Counted from the stretch's first letter, positions 1-7,233 are shown. The stretch is DNA of 20,669 nucleotides from Candidatus Saganbacteria bacterium (GCA_013204645.1 JABMSE010000102.1:1-20669), one strand, 5' to 3'. The notes: generated from the letters alone by a model not told the origin. Program-made: numbers and translations.

Positions 1-110
1 AAGAATTTGATATTTTTTCTCGCTTGCCCTGAGCTTGCTTGCATTGAGCTTGTCGAAATGTCGAAGGGCTCGTCCAACTCGCTGCGAAAAAAAAATAAAT
101 TCTTGCACTT
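1..110. repeat. Palindromic TIR element, copy A, cut by the window start. Terminal repeats are AAGTGCAAGAATTT and AAATTCTTGCACTT. It is in inverted orientation relative to copy B (1447-1515) and carries a 46-nt internal insertion.
   Basis: Positions 1-28 and 70-110 align to the reverse complement of 1447-1515 with a few mismatches. Positions 25-70 are present only in this copy. The end 101-110 (TCTTGCACTT) matches the 3' end of the terminal inverted repeat. Confidence 0.6.
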
Positions 111-148
111 GTCTTCGATGGCTTATGTTGGTGTATGGTACAGTGTTG

Positions 149-211
149 CAATTCCCCTTCTCTTTCTAAGAGAAGGGGGCAAAGGCTTTACTTAAGCGGG
201 GATGAGTTAGG
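149..211. repeat. 63-nt dispersed repeat, copy 1. It contains a perfect 10-bp hairpin, CCCCTTCTCT/AGAGAAGGGG.
   Basis: 59 of 63 positions are identical to 7171-7233. It ends 1 nt before the dxr stop codon. Confidence 0.75.
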
Positions 212-212
212 T

Positions 213-1355
213 TTATTGGCCTGGGACCATTCTAGCCTCTTTATCCGCGGAAAGGATATCCTCTAAAGATGGGCTCTCTTTATTCTGATGTTTATCCAAG
301 GCTGCCTTAATTTTGAGGGGCAGCTCAGCAAAATTGATTTTGCCTTTTAAAAACAGTTTAATGGCTTCTTCGTTGGCGGCATTTAAAACCGCGGGAAGGG
401 TTCCGCCTTTTTTGCCGGCTTCATAGGCATATTCCAAACAGGGAAATTTGCTTTTGTCGGGTTGCATAAAATCCAGTTTAGAAAGTTTGGCAAAGCTTAA
501 GTGATTCCAGTGATTGGCCATTCTTTTTTCCTCGAGCAAGGCGTATTGAATGGGAATCCGCATATCTGGTGCGCCCAACTGCGCTTTAATTGACCCGTCC
601 ACAAACTCGACAAAAGAATGAATCGTGCTTTGGGGATGAATCAAAACTTCTATTTTAGAATAAGGAAGATCAAACAAATAATGGGCTTCAATTACTTCAA
701 AGCCTTTGTTCATCAAGGTAGCAGAATCAATGCTAATCTTGGGTCCCATTTTCCAGGTAGGGTGTTTTAAGGCTTCCCGAGCCGTTAGGCTGGCAAATTT
801 TTCAACTGGGGTTTTAAGAAAAGGGCCGCCTGAAGCAGTTAAAACAATTTTTTGAATGGTTTTTGGGTCTTCGCCTTTTAAGCACTGGGCAATGGCACTG
901 TGCTCGGAGTCAATGGGAAAAACTTTGATCCCGGCGGCCTTGGCTTCCTTCATAAAAATCTCGCCGGCTGCGACTAAGACTTCTTTGGTGGCTAAGGCAA
1001 TATCTTTTTTGGCTTTAACCGCCTCGAGCACCGGAATCAAGGAAAGAGACCCAGGGATAGCTGCTACAACCATTTTGGCCGATGGTTCGGTTGCGACTTT
1101 GATCAAGCCCTCTTGTCCAACAAAAATTTGGGTTTTGCTTGCGCCTAATTTTTCCGCAACTTTTTGCTTTACTTCTTCGCTGGCAACGGAAACAATCTTT
1201 GGGGAAAACTTCTTGATTTGCTCGACAATGAGGTCAACTTCATCCTTGGCTGCTAAAGCCACAACCGTTAAGCTGCTAGGAAAGATTGAGACTACTTCTA
1301 GGGTTTGTTTGCCAATTGATCCAGTTGAGCCCAAAATAGCGAGGCCTTTTTTCAT
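213..1355 (-). CDS. dxr: 1-deoxy-D-xylulose 5-phosphate reductoisomerase
   Basis: A 386-aa ORF with DXR hallmarks: N-terminal LGSTGSIG NADPH-binding motif, a DSEHSAI motif, and full-length colinearity. The likely true start is the ATG at 1355-1353 (MKKGLAILGSTGSIG). The ORF-track start at 1373 is GTG. Confidence 0.9.
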   Translation of the reverse strand: MKKGLAILGSTGSIGKQTLEVVSIFPSSLTVVALAAKDEVDLIVEQIKKFSPKIVSVASEEVKQKVAEKLGASKTQIFVGQEGLIKVATEPSAKMVVAAIPGSLSLIPVLEAVKAKKDIALATKEVLVAAGEIFMKEAKAAGIKVFPIDSEHSAIAQCLKGEDPKTIQKIVLTASGGPFLKTPVEKFASLTAREALKHPTWKMGPKISIDSATLMNKGFEVIEAHYLFDLPYSKIEVLIHPQSTIHSFVEFVDGSIKAQLGAPDMRIPIQYALLEEKRMANHWNHLSFAKLSKLDFMQPDKSKFPCLEYAYEAGKKGGTLPAVLNAANEEAIKLFLKGKINFAELPLKIKAALDKHQNKESPSLEDILSADKEARMVPGQ

Positions 1356-1446
1356 GATGAGGGTATTATACACTAAAATAATGACTAATTACTAACCCTT
1401 CGACAACGCTCAGGGTTAGTGCCAAGCACCAATGAGGCACCGAAGA

Positions 1447-1515
1447 AAGTGCAAGAATTTATTTTTTTTCGCAGCGAGTCGGACGAGCGAGAAAAAATAT
1501 CAAATTCTTGCACTT
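1447..1515. repeat. Palindromic TIR element, copy B, 69 nt, with 14-bp terminal inverted repeats. MITE-like.
   Basis: AAGTGCAAGAATTT at 1447-1460 and its exact reverse complement at 1502-1515. The internal sequence matches copy A (1-110) in inverted orientation. Confidence 0.6.
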
Positions 1516-1538
1516 ATCCGATAGGCACCTAGGGTACC

Positions 1539-1566
1539 AATTAAATAGTAACCTGTCCCCATTTAA
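1539..1566 (-). repeat. 28-nt repeat R3, an exact inverted copy of 18056-18083.
   Basis: AATTAAATAGTAACCTGTCCCCATTTAA is the reverse complement of TTAAATGGGGACAGGTTACTATTTAATT at 18056-18083. It lies immediately 3' of the 161-aa gene on the minus strand. Confidence 0.7.
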
Positions 1567-1568
1567 AA

Positions 1569-2054
1569 TTACCCCATCGGTAAATCTATAAGCTGCTCAA
1601 GTCTTTCTTTTACTCCTGGTGGTGGTTGAAGAATTGGTTCAACGCCCGCAAGCAAGTCCTGTAAAACCCTTCTCGCAGAGTCAGTGTGGCGGGTCAGAAG
1701 TCGATGGCCAGTGGTACTTTCTTTATATAAATACTCCCGTTCTAAAACATCCAAAACCGCACTAATAATAGCTGGTCTTTCAATAATAACATTAACCGCT
1801 ATGGGACGAAGCTCCTCTGGGCCAGCCACGGCGAGCTTCACTAATCCATCAAGGGTTAATCCTCCTCGCTGAAATCTTCCTGAAAGATTAGCACCTAGAG
1901 GCCCTTTGCCCCAGGGATGCTCCTTTAGGCTTGCCGCAAGCCCGGCATAAGTAACAAAACGGTTGCCAACTTTTTCTTTAGGCGACAAAGCCGCCCATAT
2001 CAAAGGGGCCAAGGCCGTTCGCGCCACAAACATAGTTTTTGATGTAAAACTCAT
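1569..2054 (-). CDS. Hypothetical protein, 161 aa. The family was not recognised. It has an R-x4-H (RLLTRH) motif near the C-terminus, which hints at a possible HEPN-like fold.
   Basis: Long ORF with an AAGGAAAAA-ATG ribosome-binding context. No family signature I can assign. The Rx4H motif is seen in the translation. Confidence 0.55.
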   Translation of the reverse strand: MSFTSKTMFVARTALAPLIWAALSPKEKVGNRFVTYAGLAASLKEHPWGKGPLGANLSGRFQRGGLTLDGLVKLAVAGPEELRPIAVNVIIERPAIISAVLDVLEREYLYKESTTGHRLLTRHTDSARRVLQDLLAGVEPILQPPPGVKERLEQLIDLPMG

Positions 2055-2092
2055 TTTTTCCTTACTTATCTTCTTCGTATATTATTTTAAGA

Positions 2093-2105
2093 AATTTCAC
2101 TTTTC
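2093..2105 (-). promoter_or_regulatory. Shared upstream motif AAAAGTGAAATTT, about 40 nt upstream of the 161-aa gene start
   Basis: The same exact 13-mer occurs at 13351-13363, at the same distance (about 40 nt) from the start of the 187-aa hypothetical gene. Chance expectation in 20 kb on both strands is about 6e-4. Confidence 0.45.
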
Positions 2106-2125
2106 CTGCAATTCTTTGGTTATCA

Positions 2126-2312
2126 TAAATCAGGGCATATCTTTTGCGCAGGCGGTCTCAATCAAGGGAGGCGGAAGGGGCATTTGATCCCGTCCAGGGA
2201 TCAAGGGGTCGCGGGTACCTGCGGGGAAGGCCGTAGCAAGCAGTCGTCCAGACTGCGAAGCGTGGGGAGGGGTGTTTTGAGAGCGCCGAGCAAAATGATA
2301 TGCCCTGATTTA
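2126..2312. ncRNA. GC-rich structured element bounded by 22/23-nt inverted repeats. Candidate ncRNA (6S-like long closing helix?) or MITE.
   Basis: TAAATCAGGGCATATCTTTTGC at 2126-2147 pairs with 2290-2312 as 16 bp, a 1-nt bulge, then 6 bp. The helix continues inward (TCTCAA/TTGAGA). The interior has two G-rich strands and two hairpins with identical GTCCA loops (2184-2204 and 2240-2256). GC is visibly higher than the flanks. Confidence 0.45.
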
Positions 2313-2365
2313 CTTTGCAAAGCTAAATAGTTACCTCAAAACTGCTATACTATACGTACAGCACA

Positions 2366-4180
2366 ATGAAAAAAAATTTGAAGTGGTTAGCGATCATAGT
2401 TGCAGCAATTGTTGCCCTTCTGATAATTGGGGCAGTTGCCCTCCCCTTTTTCCTTCCCTTAGAAAAAATAAAGGATTTTACAACCTCCAAAATTTCAGAC
2501 GCCCTGGGCTGCGAAGTAGCGATTGAAAAAGTTTCCTTTAACCTTTTTTCCGGCATTAAACTTGAGGATATTTCAGTTGGAAATGCTCCGGGTTTCTCTA
2601 AAACCCCTTTTGTCAGGGCTAAAAGCCTTGATCTTCGTTACGCCTTCTGGCCTATATTTAGACGACAACTAATTGTAAAAGAAATAAGATTAGTTTCCCC
2701 ACAAATTTATATTGAAAAAAACGCTCAAGGTCAATTTAATTTCACAAGCTATAAGGCAAAAGACAAATATCCTGACAAGATCTATCCCGATGAGGAAGAT
2801 GCAGCCAAAGAGGACAGCTCCTCCGATAAAAAAGCGCCCTTTTCATTAATTATAGATGCTTTTTCGGTGCGGGATGGGACCATTACCTATTTTGACCAGG
2901 CCACCAATACTAAAAGTAAACTAAAAAACACCAATTTGACGATTTCTGGAATTACCCTTGCACTACTAAAACCGGTTAATCTCCATTTCAAAACCCTGGC
3001 GATTTATCAAGACAAACAAGTCCCGATTTCTCTGGCAGGAAAAATTGAAGTCGACCCCACAAAGAATGAACTCAAAATACCTTCCCTAGAACTAAACATT
3101 GCCGGAGAAAAAGCCAAAATAGAACTTACTATTTCAAACTGGAAAACCGGACCAGACATTAATTTTTCAATTTCCTCGAAAAAATTATCAATTGACCCAT
3201 TGCTGGCTATTTTTGCAGCTGGCGCCCCCAGCGATAAAAAAGCTGCTAAGCCCGGGGCAATTACCAAGGCCGTAAACAAAACTACCTCATCCCTGCCGTC
3301 TACGCTAGCGCTAAAAGGCAAGATTGATCTTGAAAACATCACTTTCCAAAAATTTAAAATTGATAAGCTTGATTTAGACATAAGACTTTTTAAGAAGTGG
3401 TTAGAATTGGAAATAAATGAGGTTGGGCTTTATGACGGGAAACTGTCCGGCACGGCACTAATTAAGCTTGTACCCGGACTCTCATATCAAATAAAAGATT
3501 TAACCCTGACCGGCTTTAATGCCACCCCCTTTGTAAACGCTCTGGTTGAAACGTTTTTAGTCGACAAACCGGTTTATAAGGATTTAATCGATAAGGTTTA
3601 CGGCAGATTAGATCTTAGCTTAAATCTTAGCGGGAGCGGAGTTGAGCCAGGCCCAGCTTTTGCGAATGCCGTTGCAAAAGGGAGTTTCACATTAACCGGC
3701 GGTGAAATCAAGCGCATAAAAACTTTAGCTGAAATTGGGACGCTGATTAATTCAAACACCTTGCAGGAAAACGTGAAATTTAAAGATTTGGGAGCAAGCT
3801 TTAGCTTAAGAAATAAGGTTCTTGAGATCAAAGATCTCAAGCTTGAGGACACAGATTTTTCCGCCCAATTCAGTGGCGGTGCCGATCTAGGCAACGGACA
3901 ATGGATGGCCGGCAACCGTCTTCTGGTCCGCCTTTCCCCAAGCCTTACCCAGGGTCTTCCTTCCCAGCTCAGCGTTTTTCGCGATGATTCTGGCTGGCTC
4001 AATCTTACCTTTGAGCTGACTGGAGCATTTAAAAACACGCGGCTTACCCCAATCTTAGCTACCCCAATCGAGAAAACAGTTGGAAAGCTAAAGATTAAGA
4101 TTGAAGCCCAAAAACTTGAGATTGAGAAAAAAGTTAAAGAAGAATTAGAGAAAAAGGCTAAAGAACTCCTCAACTTTTAA
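2366..4180 (+). CDS. AsmA-family outer-membrane assembly protein
   Basis: 604 aa. It has an N-terminal transmembrane anchor followed by a characteristic AsmA N-domain (VSFNLFSGIKLEDISVGN...LRYAFWPIFRRQLIVKEIRLVSPQIYIE). The body is long and beta-rich, and the C-terminus is a K/E coiled coil. Confidence 0.75.
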   Translation: MKKNLKWLAIIVAAIVALLIIGAVALPFFLPLEKIKDFTTSKISDALGCEVAIEKVSFNLFSGIKLEDISVGNAPGFSKTPFVRAKSLDLRYAFWPIFRRQLIVKEIRLVSPQIYIEKNAQGQFNFTSYKAKDKYPDKIYPDEEDAAKEDSSSDKKAPFSLIIDAFSVRDGTITYFDQATNTKSKLKNTNLTISGITLALLKPVNLHFKTLAIYQDKQVPISLAGKIEVDPTKNELKIPSLELNIAGEKAKIELTISNWKTGPDINFSISSKKLSIDPLLAIFAAGAPSDKKAAKPGAITKAVNKTTSSLPSTLALKGKIDLENITFQKFKIDKLDLDIRLFKKWLELEINEVGLYDGKLSGTALIKLVPGLSYQIKDLTLTGFNATPFVNALVETFLVDKPVYKDLIDKVYGRLDLSLNLSGSGVEPGPAFANAVAKGSFTLTGGEIKRIKTLAEIGTLINSNTLQENVKFKDLGASFSLRNKVLEIKDLKLEDTDFSAQFSGGADLGNGQWMAGNRLLVRLSPSLTQGLPSQLSVFRDDSGWLNLTFELTGAFKNTRLTPILATPIEKTVGKLKIKIEAQKLEIEKKVKEELEKKAKELLNF

Positions 4181-4181
4181 C

Positions 4182-4216
4182 GCAAGTTTTCGTCGCCAAA
4201 ACCCGATATATATAGT
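4182..4216 (+). promoter_or_regulatory. Promoter-like motif copy D: GCAAGTT-N15-CGATATATATAGT
   Basis: One of four copies with identical spacing. The others are at 6060, 17553 and 18863. It sits immediately after the asmA stop and 12 nt before the 4228 ATG. Confidence 0.5.
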
Positions 4217-4227
4217 AGGAGAGCAAC

Positions 4228-4491
4228 ATGAGGAACGCGATTGCCATTTTACTCCTAATATTTGCTGTGCTGGCAAGCCCCGGTGCGTTGGCTGGCGAAG
4301 AAACACCCTATGCTTTCCCGATTAAAGAACTCCATGCTGCCCCGCTAGCAGACTCAGCTATCACCTACAACATCCCCGTTGAGGTGAAATTGCTGGATGT
4401 TTCCGGTGATTGGTATAAAGTCAAAATATCCTACGGCATCGGCCCCCTCCAATATAATTATGTAGGGTGGACACACATTCCCCTGCGCTAA
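4228..4491 (+). CDS. Small secreted protein, 87 aa, with a Sec signal peptide. Possible SH3b-like fold.
   Basis: AGGAG ribosome-binding site 6 nt upstream. Signal peptide MRNAIAILLLIFAVLASPGALA|GE. The GDWYKV...GW pattern is reminiscent of bacterial SH3 domains. Confidence 0.6.
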   Translation: MRNAIAILLLIFAVLASPGALAGEETPYAFPIKELHAAPLADSAITYNIPVEVKLLDVSGDWYKVKISYGIGPLQYNYVGWTHIPLR

Positions 4492-4492
4492 C

Positions 4493-4521
4493 TTGCTTCC
4501 CCTCCCCCAACCTGTTATAAT
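4493..4521 (+). promoter_or_regulatory. Sigma-70-type promoter with an extended -10: TTGCTT-N17-TGTTATAAT
   Basis: -35 TTGCTT at 4493-4498. Extended -10 TGTTATAAT at 4513-4521. It lies upstream of the sORF and the SPFH gene. Confidence 0.5.
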
Positions 4522-4556
4522 CTTTTTCAAATCACAACAAAAAGGAGGGGCATTTT

Positions 4557-4721
4557 ATGATATCAAAAGTAATAAAGATTATTATCGGACTGGCTCTAAT
4601 TGGCCTGGGCGCCTGGACAATTTACCTCTGGTGGGGAGATTTATTGACTTTAATTCGAGGAGGAATTGGCCTGGTTTTAATCCTGGCGGGATTAATTACT
4701 TTTGCCCTGGTTGCAGACTAA
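4557..4721 (+). CDS. Small hydrophobic membrane protein, 54 aa, with two predicted transmembrane segments. It is not in the ORF track.
   Basis: ATG with an AAAGGAGGGG ribosome-binding site 7 nt upstream. The translation MISKVIKIIIGLALIGLGAWTIYLWWGDLLTLIRGGIGLVLILAGLITFALVAD is almost entirely hydrophobic. It lies 50 nt upstream of the SPFH gene, a position typical of NfeD-like partners. Confidence 0.6.
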   Translation: MISKVIKIIIGLALIGLGAWTIYLWWGDLLTLIRGGIGLVLILAGLITFALVAD

Positions 4722-4771
4722 CGGGGACCGGCAAAACAAGCTAACAAGCTATTGTTTATTGGGAGGAAACT

Positions 4772-5533
4772 ATGCTTTCTTATGCCTCACCGATTATCCT
4801 TATAATCCTCTATGTTTTCTTTTCCATTAAACAGATTAACCAGTACGAGCGCGGAGTCAAATTTCGGCTGGGAAAATACGTCGGCATAATGGAGCCCGGG
4901 TGGAAAATTGTTTTCCCTCTTTTTGAAGGCTTTAAGCGGGTTGATATCCGAGTTAAGGCGGTGGATGTTCCGGACCAGGAAGCCATGACACGCGACAACG
5001 TTTCGGTACGCATCAATGCGGTAATTTACTACAAAATCAGCCAAGCCGAAAAATCGGTAATTGAAGTTGAAAACTACTACTACGCTATGTCTCAGCTGGC
5101 TCAAACCACTATGCGAAACATCATTGGAGAAGTAACTTTGGATGAGCTTTTGACCCAGCGCGAATTCCTGGCGAATAAAATTCAGCAAATTACTGATAAG
5201 GCATCCGACCCTTGGGGAATCACTGTTAAGGATGTTTCTCTAAAAGATATTATTCTTCCCGAAGAAATGAAGAGGGTAATTGCCAAACAGGCTGAGGCCG
5301 AAAGAGAAAAAAGGGCGGTCATTATAAAAGCTGAAGGAGAGGTTATGGCCTCCCAAAATATGGCACAAGCAGCTAGAACCCTTTCTTCGGCGCATGGAGC
5401 GCTCCACCTTAAAACCTTGCAATCCATAAAGGACCTTAGCTCTGACCAATCAAACACTATCGTTTTCGCGGTTCCCTTAGAGATTTTGCGGGCTTTTGAA
5501 AGATTTGGCCAGACCGAAACTAAGGCAGGTTAA
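4772..5533 (+). CDS. SPFH/band-7 (stomatin/prohibitin-like) membrane protein
   Basis: GGAGG ribosome-binding site. N-terminal transmembrane segment then an SPFH domain (NQYERGVKFRLGKY...TRDNVSVRINAVIYYKI...). The C-terminus has an EAEREKRA coiled-coil segment. Confidence 0.85.
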   Translation: MLSYASPIILIILYVFFSIKQINQYERGVKFRLGKYVGIMEPGWKIVFPLFEGFKRVDIRVKAVDVPDQEAMTRDNVSVRINAVIYYKISQAEKSVIEVENYYYAMSQLAQTTMRNIIGEVTLDELLTQREFLANKIQQITDKASDPWGITVKDVSLKDIILPEEMKRVIAKQAEAEREKRAVIIKAEGEVMASQNMAQAARTLSSAHGALHLKTLQSIKDLSSDQSNTIVFAVPLEILRAFERFGQTETKAG

Positions 5534-5535
5534 CA

Positions 5536-6048
5536 TTGAAAGAAGAACTTAAAAAACTACTAAAATCTACGGGGGCAGTTAAAACTGGTGAGTTTACTCT
5601 TTCTTCTGGCAAAAAAAGCAATTTCTATGTTGACTGCCGAAAAGTAACGCTTCATCCTCAAGGCGCTAAATTAATCGCTAAAATCATCCTAGAAAAAATA
5701 AAGGGGTTAAAAGTTGACGCCATTGGCGGCTTAACCCTGGGCGCAGATCCAATCACGTCTTCAGTTGTTGCCTTAAGCGATATTCCTGGTTTTATTGTGC
5801 GCAAAAAAGCAAAAGAACATGGAACCCAGCAAAGGATTGAAGGAATAATTGAACCAGGCTGGAAGGTGATAATTGTTGAAGATGTTGCCACCACTGGTGC
5901 GTCAGCCCTTCAGGCTATCGAAGCAGTTGAATCCATTGGCGCCAAAGTTATTAAGGTGATTTCCGTAGTCGACCGCCAAGAAGGCGCAGCCCAAACCCTA
6001 AAAGCCTACGACTTTGATCCGATCTGCACAAAGAACGAACTCCTGTAA
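5536..6048 (+). CDS. pyrE: Orotate phosphoribosyltransferase
   Basis: PRTase fold with a PRPP-binding motif (VIIVEDVATTGAS). The N-terminus GEFTLSSGKKSNFYVD is typical of OPRTase. The apparent start is TTG, overlapping the previous stop. Confidence 0.8.
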   Translation: MKEELKKLLKSTGAVKTGEFTLSSGKKSNFYVDCRKVTLHPQGAKLIAKIILEKIKGLKVDAIGGLTLGADPITSSVVALSDIPGFIVRKKAKEHGTQQRIEGIIEPGWKVIIVEDVATTGASALQAIEAVESIGAKVIKVISVVDRQEGAAQTLKAYDFDPICTKNELL

Positions 6049-6059
6049 CCCTTCCGAAT

Positions 6060-6094
6060 GCAAGTTCTGCCCCCTCAAATACGATATATATAGT
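6060..6094 (+). promoter_or_regulatory. Promoter-like motif copy A: GCAAGTT-N15-CGATATATATAGT
   Basis: Same motif and spacing as the other three copies. It sits right after the pyrE stop and about 95 nt upstream of the 313-aa protein start. Confidence 0.5.
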
Positions 6095-6189
6095 GTAAAC
6101 GAGCCAAAAACAGAAGAACATGATTCTCAAGCCACGCTTGTGCCCGCTTGAGTATTTTCTTCTGCGAAATAAAAGGGAGGAAACAAATA

Positions 6190-7089
6190 ATGGTACCACC
6201 AACCCCACCCCGCGGAGTGAGGAGAGCCCATATCTTAGGCCCGGGTCCTACTGGCCCACGAGGGAAAAACTCCCCACCCCCCACCTTAAAAGATCTTCTC
6301 CATGACATAGCGGCAAAAAGGGCCAAAAGATCTCACAAATATGCGGGGTATCTCCCTGAGCAAGTTACTGCTTACTTAACCGATAGATATGTGCGACAAG
6401 CACAGTTATTTGAAACCTTAGTTGCCAATCATGGCTTTAGGCTGCTAGCTCCCGAAGGAGAGGTTGAGACAGCTACTCCACTTTCGGTTATTTTCCTCAC
6501 CGCCGATGGATATGTGATGTGCCTTTCGGCTCCAAGACCAGATGGAACATTTGAGAATGCTCGAACCAGTGCTTATTTGAGTATTGGGAACACAACCAAG
6601 ATTGGGAAGGAAGATCAGAATACTGCTTTTTATGCTCCTGTTAAAGTAGGGGGGAGGTCCCCCATTGCGCGAACAAACACTATTTTTCAAGGTGGCAAAA
6701 TAATTTGCGTTGCCGTTGCCGAAGTTACCCCAGAGACAACTCCATTTGAAATATGTTTGGGAGTGATCTTAGGGCTTCGTGAGCAAAGATTACCTAAGCT
6801 AGAAGCACCAGCCGTTCCCACCGTTCGTCCTCCAGTGCAAGAAATGGCTGCAACAGTTGCGATGCCAACCCTGGGTGACCCCGGCGGCGTAAAATCAGAA
6901 CTAGACCGAGCATTACGTCCAGGAAGAGATCTGGATACACCCCTTCGTAAGCGACCAACCCACGAAAAGGGTGGCGTTTTCAGCATAAGAAAGGATTTCG
7001 GCCTTGAGCCCGCTTCCAAAAAACGCTCCTCGCTCGCCTGGCGAATTATCACTTGGCTGCCTAGGCAGATTGCAAAATTGTTTGAATAA
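6190..7089 (+). CDS. Hypothetical protein, about 300 aa, Pro/Gly/Arg-rich N-terminus, no signal peptide, compositional outlier
   Basis: Strong AAGGGAGG ribosome-binding site 8 nt before the ATG at 6190. The ORF track begins at an in-frame ATG at 6148. GC is visibly higher than in neighbouring genes. No recognisable family. Confidence 0.6.
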   Translation: MVPPTPPRGVRRAHILGPGPTGPRGKNSPPPTLKDLLHDIAAKRAKRSHKYAGYLPEQVTAYLTDRYVRQAQLFETLVANHGFRLLAPEGEVETATPLSVIFLTADGYVMCLSAPRPDGTFENARTSAYLSIGNTTKIGKEDQNTAFYAPVKVGGRSPIARTNTIFQGGKIICVAVAEVTPETTPFEICLGVILGLREQRLPKLEAPAVPTVRPPVQEMAATVAMPTLGDPGGVKSELDRALRPGRDLDTPLRKRPTHEKGGVFSIRKDFGLEPASKKRSSLAWRIITWLPRQIAKLFE

Positions 7090-7109
7090 TCTACTAACTC
7101 ACCTCCTAA

Positions 7110-7134
7110 CCTCCTCTCTTAAAAAGAGAGGAGG
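7110..7134 (+). terminator. Perfect 10-bp pyrimidine/purine hairpin (CCTCCTCTCT/AGAGAGGAGG), a candidate terminator for the 313-aa gene
   Basis: Seen directly. It has no U-tract. Its style is similar to the hairpin in the 63-nt repeat. Confidence 0.4.
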
Positions 7135-7170
7135 ACATTAGTTCAAGAAAATATTATTTTAGTTCTGTCA

Positions 7171-7233
7171 CAATTCCCCTTCTCTTTCTAAGAGAAGGGG
7201 GCGATGGCTTTCCCTAAGCGGGGATGAGTTAGG
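7171..7233. repeat. 63-nt dispersed repeat, copy 2. It contains a perfect 10-bp hairpin, CCCCTTCTCT/AGAGAAGGGG.
   Basis: 59 of 63 positions are identical to 149-211. Confidence 0.75.

Noticed and set aside
7-195. 62-aa ORF on the plus strand
   Set aside because: It lies entirely within the TIR element copy A and the 63-nt hairpin repeat. It has no ribosome-binding site and is probably a repeat-derived frame.
856-1395. 179-aa ORF antisense to dxr
   Set aside because: It is fully embedded opposite a well-supported dxr CDS and has no start context. It is an antisense frame typical of a shadow ORF.
2142-2296. SRP (4.5S) RNA or a tRNA-like gene in the GC-rich element
   Set aside because: There is no GGAAGCAGCC-type domain IV motif and no T-loop (GTTCRANYC). 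The fold is a long closing helix plus two internal hairpins, not a single SRP hairpin or a cloverleaf.
4493-4744. 83-aa ORF from the track
   Set aside because: It is in a different frame from the convincing 54-aa membrane sORF (4557-4721), which has a strong ribosome-binding site. The 83-aa translation is low-complexity and begins inside the promoter.
6120-6305. 61-aa ORF overlapping the start of the 313-aa gene
   Set aside because: It is out of frame with the strongly initiated (AAGGGAGG) ORF at 6190 and has no ribosome-binding site.
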